A DNA stretch of 64,000 bases from Chrysemys picta bellii (GCF_011386835.1 NC_088810.1:2232001-2296000); one strand, 5' to 3'. Shown: positions 12,201 through 24,989, counted from the stretch's first letter. The notes: generated by a model not told the origin, from the sequence alone. A program made the numbers and translations.

Positions 12201-12419
12201 CAGTCGATCTCTTCTTCTTTGGCTAAGGCAAAGCCGAACGGTTGACTTGAGAGGTGTGTGCCAGATGGTACAATTTGTGCAAAAGGCGTTATTCTAGTCT
12301 ATATAGGTTTTTATACCACGTCTATCACTGTAGTGTCTGAGTGTCTTCCAGAAGTCCTGCCACCCTGTCCCTGGTGTGACCAGTTACCCTATGCTGCCAT
12401 CCCAATCCTTCCAAGGGGA

Positions 12420-12724
12420 GTTGGTTTCACTCATCCCTCTAATTCGATTTTCCATCAGGAAGGGAGGAGGATTTCTCAGCGTGCACAGACGCCCAAAGGG
12501 TGGGCAGGGCCGGCGAGGGGAATAGAATCTTATAGACTCTCCCAGGAGAGGTGTGCAAATCGAAGTTCTCATATTGCATCACAGCACATCCCTGAGCCCT
12601 TCTATAAAAAGAGAGAGAGACAGAGACAGGACAGAGCGAGAGACGGGTACAGCTTTTCCACTCTGCAGAATTAGCCACCGATTTCACCCCAGACACACTT
12701 TACTCCAAGGAGCTTTTGGTAAGT
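12420..12724 (+). promoter_or_regulatory. Putative promoter and non-coding first exon of gene 2
   Basis: GGTTTCACTCATCCC at 12423, CAGGAAGGG at 12456, TATAAAAA at 12603-12610 and donor G|GTAAGT at 12718/12719. The module is conserved upstream of genes 3-5. Matching acceptor tttcag| at 15634. Confidence 0.65.
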
Positions 12725-13281
12725 GATACCCCGCTGGTCTGTTGGGGCTCTAACCACTAGACTCCACTCCCCTGTTGTAGCCAGTGATAGAAGCCAAGAG
12801 TCCTGGCTCCCAGCCTCCCCTCCCCATTCTATCCACTAGCTCCCGCTCCCTTTCCAGAGCTGGGGATAGAACCAAGGAGTCGTGGCTCCCAGCCTCCCCA
12901 CCTCTAACCTCTAGACCCCATTCCCCTCCCAGAGCCAGGGAGAGAACCCAGTAGTCCTGGCTCCTAGCCCCCTGCTCTAACCACTAGAATCACTCCCTTG
13001 CCAGAGCCAGGGATAGAACCCAGGAGTCCTGGCTTGGAGCCCTGCCCTCCTCTAACAAACTAGACCCCACTTCCTCCCGCAGTCAGCCTCCTGGCTCCCA
13101 GCCTCCCCTTCCCGCTCTATCCACAAGCCCCCGCTCCCTTTCCAGAGCTGGGGATAGAACCCAGGACTCCTGGTTCCCAGGCCCCACCCCTGCTCTATCC
13201 ATGAGTCACCACTCCCCTCCCAGAGGCAGGGATAGCACGTGGGAGTCCTGGCTCCCAGCCCCACTCCTCCACCACACACAT

Positions 13282-13909
13282 TGTAATGAAGGCAAGAGCC
13301 GGCTTGCACCTGATGGGTGTGGAGGGGTTGTCTCAAAGGGGTAGCACCAGCGAGTGCAAACAGCTGCCTAAGCCTGAGGGATGGGGTGGGGTGAGAGAGC
13401 CGCCCGCTGCTTCACGGGGTAAATTTACTCCCGGGTCAATTCTTGGACTCCTTCAGCCGGGACCAGGGAGATCTGCTCTGTCCCCCCGTCACAAGGTTCA
13501 GTCCCCGGTAGTGGTGCCTCTTGCTGGCCATCCTGGGGATTAGCTCTGCCAGGCGTCACATTCTCCTCCAGCGTCTCTCTCTCCAGGAATCGCAGCCTCC
13601 TCTTCACGACCCAGCCCTCCAGCCGGGTCACCGTAGGTGTCCCCCCTCTTCCAGGGTATCAAATTCCCTCTTGCCCAATGCACTCGGCATCAGCAGCCGG
13701 GAGGGGGACCCGGGCCCACCCTCTAATCCAGCTCCCGGCTCAGGGACCGTGTAGTCAGCAGCCAAGTTCGGCACTATCCCATTCGTCGCTGCTTTCCCCC
13801 TGAGCCTTCTCCTACCTCCTAACTCTCCCCGCTCCTCTGGGTTTGTGGGTCCTAAACGCCCTCCTGTGGGCAACCTGCCTTTAGCCCCCACCACACCCCT
13901 TCACATACA
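13282..13909. mobile_element. Possible LTR-like insertion
   Basis: TGTAAT...TACA-bounded block interrupting SINE-like flanks. No clean TSD found. Confidence 0.3.
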
Positions 13910-14303
13910 CACCCCGCCCTTGCCAGGGAGCCTGGGGCAGAACAAAGCATGAGGGCGGCTGAGTGTCCTGACACATGGGGGAAACTGAGGCAGCAGCAGA
14001 GCACTGGCAATGCCATGACACCCTCCAAGGGTGGGAAGTGCCCAAGCGCAGTGCACAGAGGTGGGGGGCAGAGGGCAGAGGCAGTTGCCGCCAGGAGGGA
14101 GGGGGAATGTCTCCCCCCAGTCTGCCTGATGGTCTGTGGCAACATGAGTGACCCTAAGGAAGTGGGGGAGGCACCACTGCTGTGTGGTGTGGGGAGCAAA
14201 ACCCCATCTGCTCGGTGGGAGGGGTCCGTAGATTTCCCCTCCCCCTGGGGAACCTGGGGTGATGCAGTGGGGGCCCCAGGCCCTGATGTCTGGAGAGGGT
14301 GGC

Positions 14304-15099
14304 TGTGGCAGGGTGGACTAGGTCTGGAGGTGCCCTGCTGGAGGCCTTGTGGCCCTTGCCTCACCCTGCCCCAGAATAGAGTAGAGAGAAGTCCTCCAGG
14401 CAGCCTAGAGTGGCTGCAGAGGAGCGGCCAATCAGAGGGGCTGATGGAGCAGCCAATCCGGGGCCAGAAGGTCCCTATATAAGACAAGCAGCAGAGCAGA
14501 GAAGTTTAGTTCCTGTCTAGAGCTCAAAGAGAAAGGCCTTGTGCCTGGCTGAGCCGAACCAAACCACAGGACTGCAGGCAGCTCATTGCAGAGAGCTCAC
14601 CAGGCAGAACCAAGCCCAGGGAAGGCTGCCAAACACTGGGTGTCTCGCTGGCTGGATAGAGCAGCAGCAGGGCCATGAAAATGTCAGTGCAGGCAGACTG
14701 AGCCCAGAACCTGGCCAGACCTGAGGAGATTACTGAGAGGGGCCCCGGCTGGGTGGTTGAAGAAGGCAGTGCCGCGGGGGAGAAGCCTTTGAGCTACAGC
14801 CCCATACCAGGGCCGTGATAAGAACTCGGGACTGTATACCCCGGAAGTGGGGACAGCGTGTGCGGCTCGGCCGGAGACTGAGCTGCCGAAAACCAGCCAA
14901 GAGAACCAGTGGCTGCTTGCAAGAGGCAGCTGCCACCCTGATGTAAGACCAAAAAAGACAAGCAGGTCACACCTAACCGAGAGAAAGGGGGCCAGCCATG
15001 AGAGGTGGGTGCCCCCACCCCAGTAAGAACTGTGTTTGCAGGCACTATCAGCCAGAGAAAAGAGGGCACACACGAGAGGCGGGTGCTGACCCCATTACA
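14304..15099 (+). mobile_element. Solo LTR in the 5' UTR intron of gene 2
   Basis: TGTGGC...ATTACA ends, near-TSD tggc/gggc, two CCAAT boxes and TATATAAG at 14476-14483. Confidence 0.65.
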
Positions 15100-15713
15100 G
15101 GGGCACACAAAGGAATTGGGCTCTGGAGGAGGGATACGGGGTCCTTCCACTGTGAAAAGTAGTGCGTGGCTGAGAGCTGCTTTGCAGGGAGTTGGATGTT
15201 GTGTATTGAGGACTGATTGCAATGGAAAGCTATCGCTTTAAGAGTGGGGGCAGGGAGTGGAGATTCCTCGTCCTGCTGCCAGTCTTGGGGGCTCCATGGG
15301 GAAGCATGGGACCAGAAGCAGTCTGGAAGAAACCAGCCTGGAAAAAGGTAGGCTGAGTTGTCTCACTATCCTAGAGAGCAGCCTGCTTTGTCTCTCTCTT
15401 GCATGTGGCTGCTGTGTAGGATTGTTCTGGATCCCCAGAAACAGTCCCCTTAGGCTGCAACCTTCCAGCAGGAGTATTTGAGGTTTGTCTCTGACTGCTC
15501 CGGGTGGGTGCTGCGAACGTACCAGCTGCAAAGCGGGTCAGAGGTGCCGTTACTCCAGAGCTGTGGCAAACGGCTCAGTGATTCCACCCACTCTGTCGAC
15601 CAGCTCATGCATGTGCAGTCTGGTTTCATTTCAGCCGATCAGTGATCAATCCCCTGGCTGGAGACTTGGCTGCATCACAGACCCCAGCGACGATCTGCTG
15701 CTTCCCCATCACC

Positions 15714-18705
15714 ATGGAGGCTTCTCTTGTCGTCTGCATCCTCGCTGCTCTCCTGGCTACGGGTGAGTGGGGTCTGTTCCTACAGGGGCTGATTTCCTAA
15801 CTTCTCCAGCGTACCAACCGCTCAGAGCCACCTGCCGGGTGAAACCGTTAATTTAATGTAACTGATCATCAGCCACAGAATAACGGGGGCTGAGCTGGGA
15901 GCGTCTGGGTCCGAGGAGGAGAGGGCTGGAAGTCACAAAGTCCCCATGACAAGTGAAACAACGGGAGCGAATATTTACTCTTTAAATCACTAAAATGTGT
16001 CCTGACTGGGCAGTTTCAGAGCTGGCCAAGGGCCTTCCTGACAGGGGATTGTCTCTGCTCTGAAAGGCAGATCTGAATTTCAGTTCCAGGAGCTCAAGAC
16101 GATATAAAAGGCATTTCTGCAGGATCCCCACCCGGGGTCAGTCGGCCATAGTGCGTTGGTATCAATGGGGCCAGATCGAAGCTGGGGTCAGTTAAATTCA
16201 AGGGAAGGGACAAATCCTAGCTGTGTCATGTTCTCTCTTCTTCCCCAGGGTCCTGCCTGCAGTGTGAGGTTTGCGAAGGCCAAGGAACCAGCTGCACGGG
16301 CACCATGAAGACCTGCCCAGCTGGGCTGGACTCTTGTGCCATCTCTCTGACAATGGCTACATTGGGTAGGTGAGATGGAGCCTAACCAACCTGGGTCAGC
16401 GAGCAGGCTGGGGAGCCAGGATGCCTGGGTTCTAGTCCCTCCTCTGGGGCGGGGACTTCAGCCCAGATCCCTCCCCTCCTACGGTCGTGCCTGGTTTCCG
16501 GGGTGTGTGGGTGTGTCTGTTTCCCCTCTTGAAGCCGCCCCATATTGTTTAACTATTTCAAACATGCCCTGGAACCTGATCACCCACGTCCACAAAGAGT
16601 GTCCAACCCACTGGGTATCCGGGGGACCACCCCACCCCCATCTCCTCCGCTGGCTGGGCTTTATGCAGGGCCCGATCCGGTGGGAGTGCTCCAAGGGCGT
16701 CTCCTGGATGAGGCCCCGCAGGTGATATCAGCACGGGGGAACGCCTAGTTTGGGAATCCCACCATGGCTCAGGGGCGAGCAGGACGCACGGCGTTGGGAT
16801 TTCAGTGGCCTGGCATGTACCCACTGGTGGAAACTTTGGCAACGAAAGGGCTTTATGGGCCGAAGATTCGGGGCCCCCAGGGTTACGCGGCAGCTGAGTG
16901 GGGAGCTGGGGGATGTAAATGCTGGATTTAGGATTTAGAAAGCTGAAATGGCTTTCTCTAGCCCTGCGGGACCTCGGATTAGTCGCTTCCCCTCTCTGTG
17001 CCTCAGTTTCCTCCTGGCTAGAGGAAGGCTAATAGCACCTGGGTGTCGTTGTGAAGAGGGCGTCGATGGGGTGGGAGTGAAAGGGGAATATATCTCTGTC
17101 TTCTCCTCCTGTGCAGCGGGAGTGAACACCCAGCGCATTCACAAGGGCTGTGTGATGTCCAGCCAATGTAGAACCGGCCCCATCTCTATGAATTTGGGGC
17201 AGGGAATGACAACAAGGATGGGCGTCGCCTGCTGCGTGGGAGACGCCTGCAGAACAACCACCATTACAGGTACCTCTCCCCATCTCCGCCTCTCCTCCCC
17301 ATCCCCTGCACCTCCTGCCCCACGTTACCTTCCTGGGCCTGGGCCTCCTGCCCTGCAGGGGGCTCCCCAGGGAATAACACTGAGCCCCTGGGTGGGTGGA
17401 GTTTAGTGGGCGGGGCTTTAGGCTCCCACCAGGTGTGAACCCAGCTGACCCCACCCGGGGCGGGGTCCAGGGCTCCCTGCTGCAAACCTCTCCCCTGCCT
17501 CTGCTGCCCCCGGTGTCCCCAGAGCTACAGCTCCCCCTGCAGGGGCACCCAGGGCTGAGCTGTGCAGCCCCCAGCTGCTCTCCCTGCCCCGACGCCGCCT
17601 GGGGCGCGTCCCCCGAGCTGACTGCGTTTGCTCCGCTTCTTCCCAGTGCCCCCGACTGACACCAAACCCAACGGCCAGCGCTGCCCAGCCTGCTATGTGA
17701 TGAATGCTGGTCAATGCAATGAACAAATCATAGAGTGTACTGGATCTGAGACCCGATGTCTTGATGCTGCTGGAACCATAACAAGTGGTAACTTCAGTTC
17801 ATTTATTCTGGGGTTATTTTTCCTTTGTCCCCCCGCCCCCGTGCATAGGGCAGAAGCAAAACGCTGTGTCGGTTCCACGAGGTCAGGGGTTCACAAACTG
17901 TGGGTCAGGACTCGAAAGTGGGTCTCGACCTTATTTTAATGCCAGACGCTAACGACTCCTCTGAAGAAACCATCCCTGCTGCCAAAGAGCCTGCAATCTG
18001 AACAGGCAAAAGAAGGATCGTTCTCCCCATTTTAAAGATTGGGGAAACTGAGGCACGGAGCAGTGCCGTGACTTGCCCAATGTCACACAGGAAGGCTGTG
18101 GCAGGGAATTGAACCTAGTTTTGTGGAATCACACCATGGTGCCATCACTCACTACAAAGCCACCCTGCGTAGAGATCCCAGCGCTGCCACCAGCACTGAG
18201 CTGCTGCTTTGTAGATGAGTGGTGGGGCTAGTATAGGCCTGATCCATTATGAATACTGTTGGGGGCTCTAAGTGACATGCCCAAGGGCACACAGTGTGTC
18301 TGCCACAGAGGAGGAGGGGGATGCCATCCAGGCCCAGACAGGCTGGGGGGAGCAGAGCAGACAGGGAGACGGAGGCTGGGGGGGAGCTTGGTGGGGCCCT
18401 GAGGAGGGGGAAGCTGTTGTGTCCAAGTCCAGCTCAAAGAGTGAAGCTGCTTCCTTGCCACAATCAACTGCTTCCCTCCCGCCCCCGCAGGTCGAAACCC
18501 TGTGCAGATGGTCACGAAGGGCTGTGTTTCCCAGTCCATCTGCAACCAGCTACAAGTGAATTCGGGAACCGTTGCAGGGATCAATGCAAGTTTAACCACG
18601 GCCAAATGCACAGAGACCTACGGTCCGGCGGGCGGGGCACCAGGAGCAGCCGGGCTTCTCCTCCCGGCCCTCGCCGGGCTCCTCCTGCTGAATCTTCTCT
18701 CCTGA
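15714..18705 (+). CDS. Gene 2: two-LU-domain PLA2 inhibitor gamma / PINLYP-like protein. Coding exons 15714-15762, 16249-16365, 17117-17269, 17647-17787, 18491-18705
   Basis: Same exon sizes and phases as gene 1 (49/117/153/141/215 nt). Reads MEASLVVCILAALLATG-SCLQCEVCEGQGTSC...CCVGDACR...CPACYVMNAGQC...LLPALAGLLLLNLLS*. AATAAA at 18818-18823. Confidence 0.93.
17990..18130 (+). mobile_element. MIR-like SINE in intron 4, shared by all five paralogs (also about 5310-5420, 23190-23290, 40140-40230, 50630-50710)
   Basis: gggaaactgaggcac...gtgacttgcccaa.gtcacacag core in the same intronic position and orientation in each gene. Confidence 0.65.
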
Positions 18706-19399
18706 ATCCCCACCTGGTGCAACGGTCACATCATCCTGCAGCCTGCGTTAGCCCCTCTCCCCACCAGGGCTTCCCGGCTCCCGGGTGGACTCGCATCCCC
18801 TTTGTATTGTTGCGCTGAATAAAACACGCTGGAGAGCAAACTCTGGATTTGTTATATCTCTGTTTATTTCAATGAGGAAATTTTAATTCTCATGGGTGGG
18901 GTTGGCAAGAAGCCAGGTAAGAACAGAAGCGCGGCCGCACCGGGTCAGGTGAATGGTGCAGGTGGCCCTGTGTCCGACAGGGGCACACCCAGAACTTCAC
19001 GGGCGGTGCACAGAACACTGCAATTTTGGAGAGACCCACCCCTGTCTTCCCCTCACAGCTTGTGGCAGTTGGAGGTTTAGGGACACCCAGAGTAAGGCAT
19101 TGTGTCTCTGACCATTTTGGCCAATAGCCATGGATGGCCCTATCCTCCAGGAACTGATCTAGTTCTTTTCCAAACCCTGCTATACTTTTGCCCATCCCCT
19201 GGCAATGAGTTCCACAGGTTAATTGTGCAGTGTGGGGAAAAGTGCAGCCTCTTGTTTGTATGAAACCTGCTGCCTATTCATTTCATTGGGTGACCCCCAG
19301 TTTTCGTACTGTGCGACAGGGGAAATAGCAGTTCTCTAGTCACTTTTTTTCCATGGCATGGCACGATTTTCTTCCTGTCTGTCACATCTCCCTGACACT

Positions 19400-20500
19400 G
19401 TCCCTCAGTGGGTCAAGGCTGAGAATACCCCATTCAGGACACACCACTGACAACTAGGCCAGACGCACTCCACGCGGCTGCTCATTCTATCATTAGAGTT
19501 TACCGAGCCAGTAACAGAGATGAGCTTGTGTATCACCGCACAAGAAGCCACAAACACAGGCCCCGTGGGCAGTCCAGCCCTTGGCTTGCCACCCAGACAC
19601 TTTTTAGACTTTATGGTGAATTGTTCCTGAAAACCAGTTTCCCCAGAATCAGCGTCCTTCTGCTCCCAAGGGATTAGCCACTTAGCCAGGTCAATATATG
19701 AGTCAGATCTTACCCAGTAAGCATGCAGCTGCCAGTCCTTTTAGTAACTAGAAACTAAAGGTTTAATAATAGAAGAGAGTTATAAGTGGTTAGTGGATCA
19801 TATACCCACAAGCATCAGGGGGTAGCCGGGTTAGTCTGTATCCACAAAAACAATGAGTCCAGTGGTACCTTAAAAACTAACAGGTTTATTTTGGCATAAT
19901 CTTTTGTGGGTTAAAAACCCCACTACTCACGCAAGCTTATGCCCAAATAAATCTGTTAGTTTTTAAGGTGCCACTGGACTCCTCGTGTTTTTTTTTTAAT
20001 ACCCACCAGTGATTTTCACTGTCCATAGATCAGGATCACAGCAGGGTGTGATAAATCGCTACCGCTCAGAGGTCTCTCTGGACTCACCCAAGCCCTTGTT
20101 AAGAGCTTCCGTGTTAGAAAGCCAGCCCGGAGAAATGGTAGGGAAATGGAGGTGTCTCAAGTGCCTTTTTATACCCTGTGCACAGAAATGTACTGGCCCA
20201 AACAAAGGCCACAGCCCCTGTTTGTGGAAACTTACCGGCCCAAGATGGAGTCCAAGGTCACGTGAGCAGACCACACAGCTTCACGTGGTTTGCTGAAGCG
20301 CAGGGGTTGGTCAGTGGCTCCGCGGGGACCAAGGAGTTTCTTCAATGGCCCATTGTTAGAGTGAAGGGTCCTCAACTTCCGCCACAAGGATGAGCCAGGC
20401 ACACCAACGGGATAGTCATGCAGTGCAAATCGCACCGTTTCCAGTGACACCGGCCCGGACGTCCTTTGTACAAGACGGGTTGCAATGGTATAACGGTGGT
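19400..20500. mobile_element. LTR-like insertion downstream of gene 2 (boundaries approximate)
   Basis: Block absent at the homologous site after gene 1; flanks resume at about 20565. Contains a nested Penelope-like element. Confidence 0.4.
19810..19998. mobile_element. Short Penelope-like element with internal inverted repeat
   Basis: Arms 19855-19903 and 19933-19981 are reverse complements (about 5 mismatches). 8-bp direct repeat ATACCCAC at 19802-19809 and 19999-20006. A related short element lies at about 61625-61790. Confidence 0.65.
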
Positions 20501-21329
20501 AGTAGCAGTGACACAAACGGTTGTCTTTCCTATACACAGCATCACCCCCCCCACACTCCTCCCCCGAGTCATCTCTTTGCCAAGCTGAACGGCCCTAATC
20601 TCGAGTCTCGCCTCATATGGAAGCTGCCCCATGCCCTGAGATTAGGCTCAGAAAGACCCCGGTGGGGAAAGCAGGTACCACAGGCTGGGGAGCGTCCGTT
20701 CAGCCTCCGATGGGGGCTGGGAGCCAGGACACCTGGGTTCTATCCCCAGCTCTGGTGCTGCATTACTGCTCTCGAACCAGACCCTCTAGCTCAGGCCTGG
20801 GCTTATGGACCCAGGGGGTGCAGGTTCAGTTCCCCCCATAAATGATGTGCACAGGAAAGAGACAGCAGCGCTGTCTGCTAAAGCACCTGCCTCTCAACCT
20901 TTGCTGGAGGGGAGAGAGTTCAACTATCTGATTGTTATTGTCGGGGCTAGGACCCCATTGTGCCAGGCGCTGTACATTGTGATTGCTATTTATTAAGTGT
21001 ATTACGGCAGCACCCAGGCACCCTAGTCATGGCCCAGGACCCCACTGCGCTAGGCACTGTACATTGTGATTGCTATTTATTAGGTTATTACGGTAGCCCC
21101 CAGGCGCCCCAGTCATGGCTGTGTAGTCTGCTGCGCTAGGCGCTGTACAGCCACAGAAGAAAGAGACAGTCCCTGCCTGGCACAAGCTTCCAGTCAAATA
21201 AAATCTGGGACAACGGATAAATAATTCAGACCCCAGGAAGCTCTGTTGATTTTTACAGAGATGCTGGCCAGAGCCGGCTGGAAAAACGGGTCACTGGGGT
21301 TTTTTTGTGGACCATTTTGCTGTAATCCG

Positions 21330-21630
21330 TTTCGAGGAAAGGAAGGTTTTCCACTTTGGAGGGCGGGATGAGCATTCAAAACCACCTTGCCAGATTGGTC
21401 TCCAGTCAACGAGATGAAACTCAGTCAAGACAAGTGCAAAGTCCGACACTTAGGAAGGCAAAAAACTCAGATGCACCCCTACCCAATGGGGCATCACTGG
21501 CTAGGGGGGTCGTACCGCTGACAAGGAGCCGGGGGTGATCGTGGATCACAAATTGAACAGGAGCCAACCATGTGACACAGTTGCAAAAAAGGCTAACCCC
21601 ATTCTGGGGTGTAGTAATGGGTATGTCGTA
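21330..21630 (+). mobile_element. CR1 fragment downstream of gene 3, followed by a truncated hAT MITE (about 21626-21830)
   Basis: Homologous to CR1 pieces at 38150-38480 and 48620-48930. CAGGGATTCTCAA terminus at about 21626. Confidence 0.75.
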
Positions 21631-22085
21631 TAGGACAGGGATTCTCAATCTTTTTCATTCTGAGCCCCCCACCTCCAACATGCTATAAAAACTCCACGGC
21701 CCAGCTGTGCCACCACAACTGTTTTTCTGCATATAAAAGCCAAGGCTGGCATTAAGGGGTAGCAAGACGGGCAATTGCCACAGCGGGCACCGCGAAGCTA
21801 AATTGCTCAGGCTTCAGCTTCAGCCCCAGGGATTGTAGCTCCTGGCCTGTGCTGCCACATTTCACCACTAGAGGTCACTCTAAGACTAATTGACTTCTTG
21901 ACGGCCCCACCCACTAGAGTTAAAATTTCCTCCCACAAAATCAATTAAAAATTTCCAAAGACTTTGGTCTCCAGTTTGTTTTATTAAGCGGAACAATACA
22001 AAGGGGAAGCGAATCCAGGCGGGAGCCCAGAGCCCCTGGGAGGGAAGAGCGGCTGCAGAGAGGGGCAGACACAGGCAGCAGGACC

Positions 22086-22534
22086 CATAGGTGCCGACTT
22101 CTGCTCCCATCAGAGAGTGCTCGACCTTCCTCTGCCACACCCCGCCCCCTCCCACCCCTGCCCCGCCCCAATTCCAACCACTTCCCCAAAGTCCCTGCCC
22201 CAACTCCGCCCCCTCCCTTTCCCTATTCCGATTCCTTCCCCAAATCCCCTCCCCAGCCCCACCACTTCCCCGCCTCCTCCCCTGAGCGGGTCACATTCCC
22301 GCTTCTCCCCCCTCCCTACTGGAGCTTGATACGCCGCCAAACAGCTGTTTGGCAGCGGCAAGGCGGGAAGTGCTGGGAGGTAGGCGGAGGAGCGGGGATG
22401 CAGCACGCTCAGGGGAGGAGGAGGTGAGGTGGGGCGGGGGGAGGGGAGCTTGGCTGCCAGAGGGTGCAAAGCACCCACTAATTTTTCCCTGTGGGTGCTC
22501 CAGCCCCGGAGCACCCATGGAGTCGGCGCCTATG
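22086..22534. mobile_element. MITE in gene 3 3' UTR
   Basis: TIRs CATAGGTGCCGAC / GTCGGCGCCTATG. Absent from the 3' UTRs of genes 4 and 5. No clear TSD. Confidence 0.75.
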
Positions 22535-24989
22535 AGCAGAGGCATTACTGAGTGCGGTTCGGCCATTGCACTGGGTGGGAAATCAGGAGAGAAGCGTTAG
22601 CAGGAGGAGCCCAGTGAGGGCGGGAAGGAGGAGCCCGGCTGGTCCCAGAGCGGTGGTGGCTGCGCTGGTGGCCGCTGTGCATTTGGCCATGGTTAGATCT
22701 CCACTGAACCCTGCAAAGGTCACAGACCCTGCTTCTATCTGGGTGCAGACAGACGCGGTAGCGCAGCCCTTCATGGCGGTCTTCCTGGCAGTTCCACCTG
22801 CGGGCGAGGGGGAGAAGGAGATGGTCAGTGTGAGGGGCACAGCTCCACTCCTTGAGCCAGACAAGGACACAACCACCTGCCCCCGTCTCAGCTCTGAGCC
22901 CTGCCTAGGCCCCCACCGCCTCCATCTTCCCTTCGGCTCTGCTCCACCCAGCATGTGTGGCCCTGAACGGCCTCCCCCTTCTCCTGTACTGTGACACGGA
23001 CTCACTGTATGCCCTTGGACAAGTCACTTGCAGCCCCGGTCTAGAGCCCACCCATGACACCCGGATTGAATCAGGCCTGTATGAGACCGCTGTTCATCTA
23101 GCAGAGCAGCAGCTCCCTGTTGGTGGCAGAAGTGGGATCTGAAAGAAGGGTGGCTTCGTAGTGCGTTAAGGCACCATGATGGGACTCTGCAAAACAGGGG
23201 TCAGTTCCCCAGCCCTGCCACAGCCTTCCTGTGCGACCTTGGACAAGTCACGGCTGTACTCTGTGCCTCAGTTTCCCCATCTTTAAAATGGGGAGAAAGT
23301 TCCCCACTACACCTATTGAAATTGTAGGCTCTTTGGGGTCTGGACTATATCTCCCTATGAGACATTTAGTGCCCAGCACAACACGGATCCCTGATCTTCG
23401 CTGGGGTTCTGTTCAGTGCCCGGCATGACAGGGGCTCCCAGGACTAAACCAGCCCCTGCCACAAAGAGTTTACAGGCGAAACTATACACAGGCAACAGAT
23501 GGGAGGAGCACCAGAGGCACAGGGAGGGGAAGACACTGGCGCAAGGTCCCACTGGAGGCCAGTGCTGGGAACAGAACCCAGGAGTCCTGATCTGCAGCCG
23601 AAATCTTTCCCTAGCAGCCGCCACCCAGCGTCTCGCTTCTGCCCTATGAGAGGGGGGGGCACAACAAAGGAAAATAACCCCAGAATAAATGAACAGAAGT
23701 GACCTGATTTTAGGGTCCCGGTGATCTCGACACATTGGGTCTCGACTCCAGTACAATTTATGGTCTCTTCACGGCACTGCTCAGAGGACAGAGAGTAGCA
23801 GCCACGGCAGATTCGGCCATTGGGTTTGGTGTCAGCCGGGGGGCACTGGGAAGAAGTGGAGCAAACGCAGTCAGCTCGGGGGACGAGCCCCAGGCGGCGT
23901 CGGGGCAGGGAGAGCAGTTGGGGGCTGCACAGCTCAGCCCTGGGCGCCCCCTGCAGGGGGAGCTGTAGCTCTGGGGACACCGGGGGCAGCAGGGGCAGGG
24001 GAGAGGTTTGCAGCAGGGAGCCCTGGACCCCACCCCGGGTGGGGCCAGGCGGGTTCACACCTGGGGGCAGCCTAAAGCCCCACCCACTAAACTCCACCCA
24101 GCCAGGGGCTCAGTGTTATTCCATGGGGCGCCCCCTGCAGGGTGGGAGGACCAGGCTCCGGAAGCTAATGTGGGGCAGGTTCCTGGCAGCAGGAGGTGCA
24201 GGGGATGGTGGAGAAGAGGTGGAGCTGGGGAGATGTACCTAAAATGGGGGATGGTATGCAGGCATCCCCTTGGCAGCAGGTGAAGCTCGTCCTTCTTGTC
24301 TTTCCCATCCCAAAGTTCATAGGGAAGGGGCTGTCTTTACATTGGCTGGATGTCGCACAGCCCATGATAATGATCTGGGTCTCTCCAGCTGCACAGGAGG
24401 ACAAGTCCGAGATTTAGTCCCCTTCCACTCCCACCCCATCAAGGCCCTCTTCACAACGACACCCATATGCCATTAGCCTTCCTCTCTCTACCCATGGCAC
24501 AGAGAGGGGAAGTGACTCCCCCGACTTCCCACAGGGCTACACTAAATTTTAGCACCTAAATCCAGCATTTAGATCCTCTAGCTCCCCACTCATCTGCTGC
24601 CTAACCCCGGGGGCCCCGAATCTCCTGAGACACCCACCCGGAAGCCAGGGGGCCAGGCACGACCGTAGGAGGGGAGAGATCTGGGCTGAAGACCTCAACC
24701 CGATTCAGGCCGAGTGGGGATTTGAACTTGTCTCCCTCAGGGTCCAGCTGAGTAGGGTGACCAGCTCGCAAGAGTGAAATATCAGGACACATTGGGCGAG
24801 CGGGGCGGGGGGAGGGGAGAGGACGACAATGACAATGACAGACACAGGTGCACAGAGCCATGAGAGGGGGCCCTAGGAAGCTAGAAGACGGGTTGTACGG
24901 CCCCTGCTGCAGTCCGCACCTCAAGCCACAGGGCAAGGACACCTATGGAATTCAATGAGAATTTTGCATGTGAATTGATGTACCTAGTT

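Noticed and set aside
22078-22542. Target-site duplication for the 3' UTR MITE
   Set aside because: Flanks gcaggacc and agcagagg do not form a convincing 8-bp repeat, so no TSD is claimed.
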